Shown here: positions 1 through 9,007 of the stretch, piece by piece | How positions within the stretch are numbered: position 1 is the stretch's first letter | Layout of the letters: each line of letters starts with the position of its first letter | Origin: a virus | Strand: one strand, 5' to 3' | IMG/VR virus record: IMGVR_UViG_3300045988_102451 | Span: 1 to 37,972 of that record | Length of the DNA: 37,972 nt | The notes under the pieces: generated by a model | What the model was told of the DNA's origin: nothing | What the model saw: only the letters and a program-made list of their open reading frames with translations | Databases searched by the model: none | Position numbers and translations under genes: made by a program

Positions 1-99
1 ACAAAAATGGCTTTTGCACCAATAAAAAGAAAATTAAAAGATGATAAAAAGAAATGGATTGAAATGTGTAAAACAAATAGTGAAAATGGTAAAAAAAGC
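1..99. repeat. 99-nt exact direct overlap with 37874..37972 (circular closure or terminal redundancy signature)
   Basis: Read directly: 'acaaaaatggcttttgcacc...ggtaaaaaaagc' occurs at both window ends. Confidence 0.95.
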
Positions 100-504
100 C
101 ATCAAAAAAACGAGTTAACGACCGTTAACGACCGTCAACGAATGGTAACGAAGTTAACCGATATAGATAGTGATAGTGATAGTGATAGTGAAAAAGATAA
201 AGATAGTGATAGTGTGTGTGTTATAAATAACACACTATTAGAACCACCACACGACACCAACACAATTTTTGATTTTGCTTTAACTCTTGATGAAAATTAT
301 AAAGAAAAAAGTTTAAAATCAAGTTGCAAAAAGTTTTTTAATTATTATAAAGAGAAAAATTGGGAAGGAATTAATAATTGGCAAGATAAATTAGAATTTT
401 GGTTGAATACAGATTTAGAAAAAGGGATTTTAAAATTAAAACAAGAAGATGTTATCGAATATAAAAATGGTTTTAAATATGTAAATGGAAAGAGGATGTT
501 GTAA
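1..504 (+). CDS. Replisome organizer / replication initiator-like protein, 3' part of a wrap-around gene (5' part at 37721..37972)
   Basis: Frame 1 is open from nt 1. It is in frame with the ATG at 37721 across the 99-nt overlap. It sits immediately upstream of, and overlaps (taATG), the DnaB-like helicase gene, and iterons lie inside it. Confidence 0.6.
   Translation, partial: TKMAFAPIKRKLKDDKKKWIEMCKTNSENGKKSHQKNELTTVNDRQRMVTKLTDIDSDSDSDSEKDKDSDSVCVINNTLLEPPHDTNTIFDFALTLDENYKEKSLKSSCKKFFNYYKEKNWEGINNWQDKLEFWLNTDLEKGILKLKQEDVIEYKNGFKYVNGKRML
114..160 (+). repeat. Iteron array at 10-bp phasing (candidate replication origin inside the organizer gene)
   Basis: GTTAACGACC (114-123), GTTAACGACC (124-133), GTCAACGAAT (134-143), GGTAACGAAG (144-153), TTAACCG (154-160). 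Locally GC-richer than the flanks. Confidence 0.6.
161..238 (+). repeat. GATAGT hexamer run, short (GT)n tract and 9-bp inverted repeat adjacent to the iterons
   Basis: GATAGT x4 tandem at 166-189 and x2 at 202-213. (GT)n at 212-221. Inverted repeat gtgtgttat (216-224) / ataacacac (227-235). Confidence 0.7.
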
Positions 505-1742
505 TGTTGACAATTTGTGAAAATAATAGGCAAGAAATAGAAAATGAATATTTGGCATTATTGCTTAACAAAAATGATTTATTTAATTTTATACAAATCA
601 AACCAGAATATTTGTATTTTGCCGAAAATAAAAGAATTTTAAAATATTGTATTGAATGTTTTGAAAAATGGAATTGTATTAATTTGAACAAAATAATTGA
701 AGCACATAAAGATTTTAATGTTGATTATTTTGGAGAATTACTTTGTAACACATTTTTTCATAACAACGCTTGGAAAGAACAATTTAGACTTGGCGAAGAA
801 AGCATTATAAAATTTTACAAAGAAGATGTTGTGAAGTGGTGTAATGATAAATTGCAACGTGGTGAAATTGATTATGATGAGTTTATGAAAAGAATGAACA
901 AAATTGATAATATAGTTTTGGTTGATAACACCCCAGAACTTACCGCAAAAGAAATTATGGAAAATATTAAAATCGAAAATGCACGAGTTAATTTTAATAA
1001 TTTTCCTAAAATGAATAATTATTTAAAAATGGTACAAGGCGACTTTTTAATAATTGGTGCAACTACTGGGGCTGGTAAATCTGGGCTTATGTTAAATTTG
1101 ATGAATGATTTGATGACTGGATTTCAATGTATCTACTTCAACATGGAAATGAGTAAAAGTACAATTTACAAAAGATTAGTTTCGATAAAGGCAGATATAA
1201 AAGTTAATGATGTTGACAAACCACAAACGGATTATCAAAAAAGATTAATCGACAATGCTTTGCAAGAAATTGAAAAAGCGAGATTAATTATTGAACATCA
1301 AGCAACCAATATTAAACAAATTAGAAGTACAGTTGCAAAATTGAAAGATAAGAAAAGACACACAATTTTATTTATCGACCATTTGGGGCTTTGTAAATGT
1401 GATGGAACAAAATCGTTTTATGAACAAGCAACAGAAGTCGCAAAACAATTAAGGCAAATGTGTCTTGAATATGATTGTACTATAATTAGTGCAAGCCAGT
1501 TAAATCGTACTGCTTATGGAAGTGATGAGGTTACTTTGAATATGCTAAAAGATAGTGGGGAACTAGAAAATAGTGCTAGTAAAGTAATTTTACTTTATCG
1601 AGATAAAAGTTCAAATAAAGATGATGATGAACCAACAATGAATATTGAAATTGCTAAAAATAGAGATGGTATTTGTGGAACAGTGCAAATGAAATATGAT
1701 AAAACAAAACAAATTTTTAAAGAAATTGAAAATAGATATTAA
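504..1742 (+). CDS. DnaB-like replicative DNA helicase
   Basis: Walker A 'GATTGAGKSG', Walker B-like 'ILFIDHLG', 'SQLNR' motif, N-terminal DnaB-like region, 412 aa. Confidence 0.9.
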   Translation: MLTICENNRQEIENEYLALLLNKNDLFNFIQIKPEYLYFAENKRILKYCIECFEKWNCINLNKIIEAHKDFNVDYFGELLCNTFFHNNAWKEQFRLGEESIIKFYKEDVVKWCNDKLQRGEIDYDEFMKRMNKIDNIVLVDNTPELTAKEIMENIKIENARVNFNNFPKMNNYLKMVQGDFLIIGATTGAGKSGLMLNLMNDLMTGFQCIYFNMEMSKSTIYKRLVSIKADIKVNDVDKPQTDYQKRLIDNALQEIEKARLIIEHQATNIKQIRSTVAKLKDKKRHTILFIDHLGLCKCDGTKSFYEQATEVAKQLRQMCLEYDCTIISASQLNRTAYGSDEVTLNMLKDSGELENSASKVILLYRDKSSNKDDDEPTMNIEIAKNRDGICGTVQMKYDKTKQIFKEIENRY

Positions 1743-1771
1743 AAATAATAAAATAGAAAGGATTTGATAAA

Positions 1772-1978
1772 ATGAATTGTAAAGAAAGATTAAAAGAGTA
1801 TATTGGTAAAGATGAAATATATCAAGATTACAAACAAGATAAATTAATGAATTGTAGTGATTTTGATAAGTTTTGTATTCAACATTGCAAAGATATTGAA
1901 GAATTATTAGAAGAAAATTTAGAATTAGAACAATCATTAGATGAAATTAACAATTTGAAGGAGAATAAGTATGAATAA
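1772..1978 (+). CDS. Hypothetical protein (68 aa)
   Basis: ORF with upstream 'aaagga' RBS, tightly packed in the operon. Confidence 0.6.
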   Translation: MNCKERLKEYIGKDEIYQDYKQDKLMNCSDFDKFCIQHCKDIEELLEENLELEQSLDEINNLKENKYE

Positions 1979-2264
1979 AGAATTAGAAAATACAATAAAA
2001 AGATTAGAAGAAGAAGTAAACAAACAAGCAAAAATAATACAATGGTATGAGAAAGAAAATAGGCATAATCAAGAAATTATTATAGATTTATCAAAAAGAA
2101 TAGACAAAACTACACAAGCAATAGATGAATTACTTTCTTATGATGATTTTAAAGATATTACAAATGCAATTTTTGGTAATGTTAAAGAAGAATTAAAATT
2201 TTATTTATCAAATTACAAAACTCTCGAAGAATTTAGAAAAGCCAATTTAAAGGAGAATGATTAA
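1971..2264 (+). CDS. Hypothetical coiled-coil protein (97 aa)
   Basis: ORF with 8-nt overlap with the upstream gene and a 'aaggag' RBS. Confidence 0.6.
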   Translation: MNKELENTIKRLEEEVNKQAKIIQWYEKENRHNQEIIIDLSKRIDKTTQAIDELLSYDDFKDITNAIFGNVKEELKFYLSNYKTLEEFRKANLKEND

Positions 2265-2267
2265 AAT

Positions 2268-2519
2268 ATGAAAAGTGCTAAAGAGATGTTTGAAGATTTA
2301 GGGTATAAACAAGTACAAAAAGATGAAAATTCTGTTAGATATGAAGGAAAGCCCACACTAATAGGAGAATATGAGTTTTATATTGAAATATGGAAAAGAG
2401 AAGAATTAAATGATTTTCTTGTAAGAAAAGCATCAGTTCAAAAGGAATTTGTTTCGAATATATGGGGTAAGGAACTACAAGCAATAAACCAACAGGTAAA
2501 TGAATTAGGTTGGAAATAG
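2268..2519 (+). CDS. Hypothetical protein (83 aa)
   Basis: ORF preceded by an 'aaggaga' RBS. Confidence 0.6.
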   Translation: MKSAKEMFEDLGYKQVQKDENSVRYEGKPTLIGEYEFYIEIWKREELNDFLVRKASVQKEFVSNIWGKELQAINQQVNELGWK

Positions 2520-2535
2520 AAAGGGTTGACAGATA

Positions 2536-3264
2536 ATGATTGATTTAAGACAAGGTGATTGCTTAGAACTGATGAAAGATATACCTGATAAATCAATAGA
2601 TATGATATTATGTGATTTGCCCTATGGAACTACTGCTTGTAAATGGGATATAGTTATACCTTTTGATAAATTGTGGGAACAATATAATAGAATTATTAAA
2701 GATAATGGTGCTATTGTATTGTTTGGGAGTGAAACATTTAGTAGCAAATTAAGATTAAGTAATATTGATAATTATAAATATGATTGGATTTGGGACAAAG
2801 TTAAACCAAATGGTCATTTAGTTGCAAAATATCGACCTATGCAGAGAGCCGAAAACATTTCTGTCTTTGGTAAAGGTAAATTAAATTATTATCCACTTAT
2901 GATTGATAGAGATAAACCAAAAAAATCAAAAGAATACTCAAGAACAGAAATTATGGGAGGAGTATCAAATAGCAAAGAAAAAACAATAAATAAAAAATAT
3001 CCACAAAATATTTTGATATACTCAAATGCAAGCCAAAAAAATAAATTGCACCCAACACAAAAACCAGTTGAATTACTTGAATATTTAATTAAAACATATA
3101 CAAATGAGGGTGATGTAGTATTAGATAATTGTATGGGCAGTGGAAGTACAGGAGTTGCTTGTGTAAATACAAATAGAAATTTTATAGGAATAGAACTAGA
3201 TGAAAATTATTTCAATATAGCAAAAGAAAGAATAAACAATGTAGTTAGAAAGGTGGAGGAATAA
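2536..3264 (+). CDS. Beta-class N6-adenine DNA methyltransferase (CcrM/HinfI-like), orphan
   Basis: Motif IV 'ILCDLPYG' (DPPY variant) precedes 'HPTQKPVELLEYLI' and motif I 'DNCMGSGSTG'. This is the N4/N6 MTase family order. Confidence 0.9.
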   Translation: MIDLRQGDCLELMKDIPDKSIDMILCDLPYGTTACKWDIVIPFDKLWEQYNRIIKDNGAIVLFGSETFSSKLRLSNIDNYKYDWIWDKVKPNGHLVAKYRPMQRAENISVFGKGKLNYYPLMIDRDKPKKSKEYSRTEIMGGVSNSKEKTINKKYPQNILIYSNASQKNKLHPTQKPVELLEYLIKTYTNEGDVVLDNCMGSGSTGVACVNTNRNFIGIELDENYFNIAKERINNVVRKVEE

Positions 3265-3283
3265 TGAAAATGAGGTTGATTAA

Positions 3284-3841
3284 ATGATTTTAATAGATAG
3301 TCGAGAAAAACCGAAAGCAATAACAAAAATAATCAAATGTTTTGAAGAAAACAATATTGATTATGACACTTCAAAACTTTATGTTGGGGATTATCAATCT
3401 TTAGATAACCCTAAAATTGTTATTGACCGAAAACAAAACCTTGCTGAAATTATGCAAAATGTTACACAAAAGCGATTTAGAGATGAACTTATCAGAGCCA
3501 AAAAAGCTGGAATACATTTAATAATACTTATAGAACATAGCAAAGACATTACTTGCATTGATGATATTACAAAATGGAAAAATCCAAGATTAGAACAATA
3601 CAAGCGAACTTTAAAATGGAAATTAAATCTTAATTATCATGCAGAATACAATGAGTGGGAACTTTATAGACAAGCAAAAGAAAAAGGATTACAAACATAT
3701 AGACCCCCACAAAGCCCAGAACAACTAAGAAAAGCATTACACACTATCGAAGAAAACAAAGAAGATTATGATGTGTCTTTTGAATTCTGTTCTAAATCTG
3801 AAACAGGACAAAAGATACTTGAACTTTTATCTCAAAAGTGA
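3284..3841 (+). CDS. ERCC4-type (XPF/Mus81-like) structure-specific nuclease
   Basis: 'LIDSRE' near the N-terminus, then 'VGDYQ...VIDRKQNLAEI', matching the ERCC4 signature GDY..(E/D)RK...(D/E)(L/I). Confidence 0.8.
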   Translation: MILIDSREKPKAITKIIKCFEENNIDYDTSKLYVGDYQSLDNPKIVIDRKQNLAEIMQNVTQKRFRDELIRAKKAGIHLIILIEHSKDITCIDDITKWKNPRLEQYKRTLKWKLNLNYHAEYNEWELYRQAKEKGLQTYRPPQSPEQLRKALHTIEENKEDYDVSFEFCSKSETGQKILELLSQK

Positions 3842-3863
3842 TATAATCTAACTAGGTGATAAT

Positions 3864-3995
3864 ATGAACAAAATTTTAAATTTTATTGGTTGTTTAGTGG
3901 CGTTGCTTCTTACAGGAAGTTTCGCCTTTTTTTCGTTTGTTTTAGTGCAATACAAAAAAAATATAAAGGAGAAATTTAAATGGAAAAAGAATTAA
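3864..3995 (+). CDS. Small membrane protein (43 aa, not in the ORF track)
   Basis: ATG at 3864 translates to MNKILNFIGCLVALLLTGSFAFFSFVLVQYKKNIKEKFKWKKN, with one clear TM helix. Its 3' end overlaps the next gene by 16 nt. Confidence 0.45.
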   Translation: MNKILNFIGCLVALLLTGSFAFFSFVLVQYKKNIKEKFKWKKN

Positions 3996-4903
3996 AGGGA
4001 AAATTAAAATATTTAATTAACAAAAAGAAAACATTACTTGAAATTTGTGAAACTTTAGAATTGAAAGATTATGAAGTTATAGGACTTGTCGAACTTATGA
4101 AGCAAGATGGCGAATTGCTAGATTATGTAAATGGGGAAATTGTGAAACTTAGAAAGCCAATAAAAAACAATGATGTTTATGAACTACCAAATAATATGGA
4201 GCATTTAAAACTTTTATTAATAAGCGACACTCATTTGTGTAGCGAGTATGACAGATTAGATATTTTGCGTTATTTATACGATAAAGCAGAAGATAAAGGA
4301 ATTAAACACATTTTACATAGTGGGGACTTTACCGATGGGAAATCACACAGACCAGAACATATTTACGAATTAAAAGAATTATCATACGAGGGGCAAGTAG
4401 AATATTGCGTCGAAAAATACCCTACTTTTAGTGGCAAAACTTATGTCATCGCAGGAAATCACGACGGCTGGTGGTACAAGTCTGCAGGAAGTGAAATTAT
4501 TAAATCAATAGCAAAACAAAGAGAAGATATAATCTATTTAGGTAGTGATGTTGCTGACATGAAAATTGGCAAACTAAAAATAAGATTATTCCACGGAAAC
4601 GGTGGCAATGCCTACGCAAAATCTTATAAACTACAAAAATACCTCGACACAATACCTGTCGAAGAAAAACCACACATTTTACAAACAGGACACATCCACC
4701 AAGCATTTTATTATAAGCAAGACAACACGCATTGCTTACAAACAGGATGCTTAGAAGATTTAACGCCTTATGCAAGAAGTCTTGGTTTTAGTGGCGACAA
4801 GTCTTGTTGGTGGCTTGACATCAATTTTGATGACAAAGGCAATATTTATTCTATAACTCCAGAACTTGAAACATTTGGCAAGAAATTAATTAGGAGAAGA
4901 TAA
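3980..4903 (+). CDS. Calcineurin-like metallophosphoesterase with an N-terminal HTH-like domain
   Basis: Motifs 'ISDTHL', 'GDFTDG', 'GNHD', 'GHIH' in canonical order. Confidence 0.85.
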   Translation: MEKELKGKLKYLINKKKTLLEICETLELKDYEVIGLVELMKQDGELLDYVNGEIVKLRKPIKNNDVYELPNNMEHLKLLLISDTHLCSEYDRLDILRYLYDKAEDKGIKHILHSGDFTDGKSHRPEHIYELKELSYEGQVEYCVEKYPTFSGKTYVIAGNHDGWWYKSAGSEIIKSIAKQREDIIYLGSDVADMKIGKLKIRLFHGNGGNAYAKSYKLQKYLDTIPVEEKPHILQTGHIHQAFYYKQDNTHCLQTGCLEDLTPYARSLGFSGDKSCWWLDINFDDKGNIYSITPELETFGKKLIRRR

Positions 4904-4905
4904 CC

Positions 4906-5103
4906 ATGCCGACTTTAAAAGAATATTTAGGGTTAATTTGCATTGAAAAAGATTTTGTGGTAAAATTATCTAATGAAAATTTGAGGAAATATAAAACCGA
5001 TTTTTATTCTCAACCCTTCAAAATTTGGCAGTTAGATTTACTTTGGGAGTATATTTGGGGTGATATTTCTTTGAAAGAAATTAAAAAGATTTTTAAACTA
5101 TAA
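4906..5103 (+). CDS. Hypothetical protein (65 aa)
   Basis: ORF packed between the phosphoesterase and TerS genes. Confidence 0.55.
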   Translation: MPTLKEYLGLICIEKDFVVKLSNENLRKYKTDFYSQPFKIWQLDLLWEYIWGDISLKEIKKIFKL

Positions 5104-5118
5104 AAGCGAGGTGGTGAT

Positions 5119-5577
5119 GTGGCTAAAATCAATGAGTGGCTTGAAAAAGATAAATTAATATTGCTAGAGGGTTGGGCTAGAGATGGTTTGACAGATGAAC
5201 AAATAGCCAAAAATATAGGAATAAGTAGAGCATCTTTGTATGAATGGAAGAAAAAAGAAGTTGACATATTTGACGCCTTAAAAAAAGGAAAAGAAGTTAT
5301 TGATTTTGAAGTAGAAAATGCTTTGTTAAAAAGAGCATTAGGGTATGAATATGAAGAAGAAACATATGAAAATGGTATTTTAACTAAAAAAGTAAAAAAA
5401 CAAGTTGCACCAGACACGACAGCACAAATATTTTGGCTTAAAAATAGAAAACCAAGCAATTGGAAAGACAGAGTTGAAACAGATGAAGATAAAGAAGCTG
5501 TAGCAAATGCAAGCCAAGTTATTGCTAAAATTAGGAAGGTAGCACAGGAATATACAGATGGAACAAATAGAAATTAG
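5119..5577 (+). CDS. terS: Terminase small subunit
   Basis: GTG start after a 'gaggtgg' RBS. N-terminal HTH 'LTDEQIAKNIGISRASLYEWKKK', 'IFWLKNRKPSNWKDR' motif, position immediately upstream of TerL. Confidence 0.75.
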   Translation: MAKINEWLEKDKLILLEGWARDGLTDEQIAKNIGISRASLYEWKKKEVDIFDALKKGKEVIDFEVENALLKRALGYEYEEETYENGILTKKVKKQVAPDTTAQIFWLKNRKPSNWKDRVETDEDKEAVANASQVIAKIRKVAQEYTDGTNRN

Positions 5578-6856
5578 TGAAAAACAAGCAATTTACATAA
5601 ATGAAGCAACTCATCGTTGGAATGGTAAAGTTGGAGCAACACAATGTGGAAAGACTTATGTTGATACTTTATATGTAATTCCTAATCGTATTGAAGAAAG
5701 AAAAGGGAAAAAAGGGCTTAACTTTATTGTCGGTGTTTCAAAAGAAACGATAACAAGAAATATTATAGAACCTTTACAAGAACTTTTCGGAAACAAAGTT
5801 GTTACTGATATTGCTAGTAATAATACTTGTCGAATATTTGGCGAAAAGGTTTATTGCATAGGTGCTGACAACGTAGGAAGAGTTAGAAAATTCAGAGGTG
5901 CGAGAATTAAATATTTATACATCGATGAAGTGTATGACATTAACGAAGAAGTATTTGAGCTTTTAAAATCTCGTTTGTCTTTTGAATATAGTGTTTGTGA
6001 TTACGCAGGAAATCCTCAACACGAAGAACATTGGTTTGAAATATTTTTAAAAAGTGATGCAGATATTTACTTGCAAAGATACACTTTGTTTGACAACCCA
6101 TTTTTGCCAAAAGTATATGTTGATAATTTGTGTAAAGAATATGAAGGCACGATATATTATGACCGATATATATTAGGTAGAGCTTGCAATGCACAAGGAT
6201 TATGCTATAAAAAGTTTGCAAATAATCCTGAACGATATGGAATGGACTATCAAGGCGAATACAAATTTGTAAATGGCAAACAAAAATGGGTTGATAATTT
6301 ACCACTTGGTGAAACTATTATAGGCATTGACTATGGTGGAACTAAATCAGGGCAGGCGTTTGTTTGTACTAGAATTGCTTATGATTATACCAAAGTAGTA
6401 ACAATGGCAAGTATAAGAATAACTGATGAATTAGATAGTAAGCAATTATTGGAAAGGCAAGTGGAGTTTATAGAATATTGTAGAAATAAATTCCACTGCA
6501 ACATTGACTATGTTTATCCTGACAATGAAGAAAGTGTACATATACGAAGCTTAGACAATGCTGTTCGTGAGCGAGGTTGGAATACAATTGTTAGAGGTAG
6601 CCGAAAATACCCTGTAAATGACCGAATAGAAGCTCAGAACAAGATGTTAGCATTTGACATATGGAAATATCTTAACGGTGAATGCGATAGTCTTGTTAAA
6701 GCTATGAAAACTGCTATGTGGGATGATAACAAGTTAGAAGATACTAGACTTGATGATTTTACTACTGATATAGATGATTTGGATGCTTACGAGTATTCAT
6801 ACGAAAGAGATATGAAAAGAATAATGGATGCAATTAATTATGAGGAGGTTATGTGA
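5558..6856 (+). CDS. terL: Terminase large subunit (PBSX/Terminase_3-like)
   Basis: Walker A-like 'GATQCGKTY', Walker B-like 'YLYIDEV', 432 aa, overlaps TerS and abuts the portal gene. Confidence 0.85.
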   Translation: MEQIEISEKQAIYINEATHRWNGKVGATQCGKTYVDTLYVIPNRIEERKGKKGLNFIVGVSKETITRNIIEPLQELFGNKVVTDIASNNTCRIFGEKVYCIGADNVGRVRKFRGARIKYLYIDEVYDINEEVFELLKSRLSFEYSVCDYAGNPQHEEHWFEIFLKSDADIYLQRYTLFDNPFLPKVYVDNLCKEYEGTIYYDRYILGRACNAQGLCYKKFANNPERYGMDYQGEYKFVNGKQKWVDNLPLGETIIGIDYGGTKSGQAFVCTRIAYDYTKVVTMASIRITDELDSKQLLERQVEFIEYCRNKFHCNIDYVYPDNEESVHIRSLDNAVRERGWNTIVRGSRKYPVNDRIEAQNKMLAFDIWKYLNGECDSLVKAMKTAMWDDNKLEDTRLDDFTTDIDDLDAYEYSYERDMKRIMDAINYEEVM

Positions 6857-8283
6857 TGTTAAAAACTTTATTCAATTGGATTTTAAAAACATTGTTTGGT
6901 GTTAAAACTGAAACAAATAACACCGAAATGACAATGAACGACAAATTTGCTCAAGAATACCGAGCAATTGATGAAATTAATTTTACGAGTATATTTGCTA
7001 ACAAACTAGCAAACTTTGCTGTAAGTGATAGTACAGTTAATATAGTGGGCAACAACAAAAGAACAGAAATGCTTACTGATACATTAAACCTAGCAATGGC
7101 TAGAGGCAAAAAAATAGTAGGTATGCAACTCGGCTATGGTGGGGTTTGCATTGTTCCGTATATTGATAATGGAAAGCTATTATATACACTTGTAGAACAA
7201 GACAGACTTACAATAGACCGAATAAGCGGTGAAAAGATAACTGGGGCTACATTGTTAGCAGAGCAAAAGACAATTACAAGTGGCTCTATAAGTGATACAT
7301 ATTTTAGATGGGTAAACTATACAATAGAAAACGATGTAATTATAATGAGGCAAAAATATACAGACCAGCAAGGAAGTGAAATTGATGTTAATTTAATTCC
7401 TGAATGGGCTAGTATTAATCCAGAAGAAAGAATAATGAATGTTGATAGAGTTCTATTTGGTTATATTAAATCACCAATAAACAACAGAATTGGCAATGAC
7501 AAATACGGTGTTCCTATTACATTTGGTTGTGACCGTACTATTACTGAGATAAAAGAATGTTTAAAACAAATAGCCCGTGAATTTGTATTAAAAGAAGCAT
7601 TTGTAGGCATTGATGAGAGAATGTTTGGTAAAGATAGCCAAGGACGTTCTAAATTGCCTAGAAATGGCTTATTTAAGACATTTAAAAGTGATAGTGATAC
7701 CGATTTCTTTCATGACTATAGTCCAGCAATCCGTGAAAGTTCTTATTATGCTAGGTTGCAAGAACTTTATACAAGACTTGAAAAAGAAATTGGTGTTAGT
7801 AAAGGATTCTTAACTGACATGGATAGCTCAAACGCAACAGCTACTGAAATTCGCCGAGCAATGTACGACACATTTACTTTAGTTAATGATATTCGTAAGA
7901 ATTTTGAAAAAGGAATGGAAGACTTTATCTATGCTTGTAATGTATTAGCAAATAGGTATAATTTAAGCCCGCTTGGTGATTATGAACTTGCATTTAACTG
8001 GGATTATTCATTATTGACTGATACACAAGAGGAATTCAATCATTACATTCAAGGCGTTAGCCAAGGGGTAATAAGTAAAGCCGAGCTACGCAACTGGATT
8101 ATACCTAACGAAACACTAGAAGAAAGCAAAAGGGCTATTGAGGAGATAGAAGAAGAAACACCTAGTGTTGATAAGTTGCTTAATGATGAAGAAGATGATG
8201 CTGATAATGACAAAGATAAGCAAAAAGATAAAGAAGATAACAAAGATGATAAGAAAAACAAAGAAAATGAAGAGAAAGAGTAA
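6856..8283 (+). CDS. Portal protein (SPP1 gp6-like) with an acidic/lysine-rich C-terminal tail
   Basis: About 475 aa directly after TerL. ATG at 6856 lies 7 nt after GGAGG (the track start at 6853 is GTG). Low-complexity tail 'DDADNDKDKQKDKEDNKDDKKNKENEEKE'. Confidence 0.85.
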   Translation: MLKTLFNWILKTLFGVKTETNNTEMTMNDKFAQEYRAIDEINFTSIFANKLANFAVSDSTVNIVGNNKRTEMLTDTLNLAMARGKKIVGMQLGYGGVCIVPYIDNGKLLYTLVEQDRLTIDRISGEKITGATLLAEQKTITSGSISDTYFRWVNYTIENDVIIMRQKYTDQQGSEIDVNLIPEWASINPEERIMNVDRVLFGYIKSPINNRIGNDKYGVPITFGCDRTITEIKECLKQIAREFVLKEAFVGIDERMFGKDSQGRSKLPRNGLFKTFKSDSDTDFFHDYSPAIRESSYYARLQELYTRLEKEIGVSKGFLTDMDSSNATATEIRRAMYDTFTLVNDIRKNFEKGMEDFIYACNVLANRYNLSPLGDYELAFNWDYSLLTDTQEEFNHYIQGVSQGVISKAELRNWIIPNETLEESKRAIEEIEEETPSVDKLLNDEEDDADNDKDKQKDKEDNKDDKKNKENEEKE

Positions 8284-8298
8284 AATCTTTCTTTTTTT
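8273..8298 (+). terminator. Intrinsic terminator after the portal gene
   Basis: 7-bp stem agaaaga (8273-8279) / tctttct (8286-8292), followed by a T-run to 8298. Confidence 0.6.
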
Positions 8299-8299
8299 A

Positions 8300-8328
8300 T
8301 TGACATTTTTAATATATAAGTATATAAT
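8300..8328 (+). promoter_or_regulatory. Consensus sigma-A-type promoter
   Basis: TTGACA (8300-8305), 17-nt spacer, TATAAT (8323-8328). Confidence 0.7.
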
Positions 8329-8352
8329 TATATATGTAAGGAGATGAAAGAA

Positions 8353-9003
8353 ATGAAATTATTTAGATTTATGAGTAAAAAAGAATTTGAAAAACTTATA
8401 AATGGGGAAAAATTAATTAATAAAAAAAAGCATAAAGGAAGAACTGGAAGTATAGGTTTTTGTTTTATGCAATATAATAAAGATTGTGATATTAATTATT
8501 CTTATGAATATTTATTAGGCATAGTAGATGATGATATTATAGTGGTATTTGAAACTGATAAGAAAAATGTAAATGAAAGTTGGGGAGTGTATGCTGACCC
8601 GTATGGTAGTTTCTTTGATACAATAACTGAAACAGAATATTGCACTAAAGAATATGATAAAAAAACATTTAAAATAATAAAATACGGAGTTAACTTAAAA
8701 GAATGTTCGTTAGATATTAAATGGTGCAATAATAGTGAAGAGGCATTGAATTTAATAAACAAAAAAATAAAGTTAAAAAAAGAAAAACAAAAAGAAATAG
8801 AAAAGAGATGCAATTGTGTAGAAGAAATTAAAGTAGAAAAAGCACAAGAATTAAACGAATTTATAGAAAGTATGAGAACTTGCGATAAAGATTTACAATT
8901 TAAAATAAATGATAAATATTATAAAGTAAATGGCAATTTAGTGGAAATTGAAGGTGATATGGATAGTATTAGATTAAATTTTGATGTTTATTTAAGGAGG
9001 TAA
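8353..9003 (+). CDS. Hypothetical protein, first gene of the accessory island
   Basis: ORF 8344..9003. The ATG at 8353 has better spacing from the 'aaggag' RBS. No family recognised. Confidence 0.6.
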   Translation: MKLFRFMSKKEFEKLINGEKLINKKKHKGRTGSIGFCFMQYNKDCDINYSYEYLLGIVDDDIIVVFETDKKNVNESWGVYADPYGSFFDTITETEYCTKEYDKKTFKIIKYGVNLKECSLDIKWCNNSEEALNLINKKIKLKKEKQKEIEKRCNCVEEIKVEKAQELNEFIESMRTCDKDLQFKINDKYYKVNGNLVEIEGDMDSIRLNFDVYLRR

Positions 9004-9007
9004 TAAA

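Noticed and set aside
1-99. The 99-nt terminal repeat as a genuine direct terminal repeat of the virion DNA
   Set aside because: An exact overlap of this size that interrupts a gene is equally what an assembler leaves on a circular contig. Without reads the two cannot be distinguished, so it is reported only as evidence of genome closure.
161-238. GATAGT tandem run as a CRISPR-like or minisatellite array
   Set aside because: The units are only 6 nt, have no spacers, and lie in frame inside a coding sequence (an SDSDSD tract). They are better explained as part of the origin/iteron region.
2536-3841. Methyltransferase plus nuclease as a classical type II restriction-modification system
   Set aside because: The nuclease carries the ERCC4 structure-specific nuclease signature rather than a typical restriction enzyme layout. 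A phage carrying an active REase against its own host DNA pool is less parsimonious. It is kept only as a low-interest question.
7610-7813. 67-aa + strand ORF nested out of frame inside the portal gene
   Set aside because: It lies entirely within a well-supported gene, has no RBS and has an unremarkable composition.
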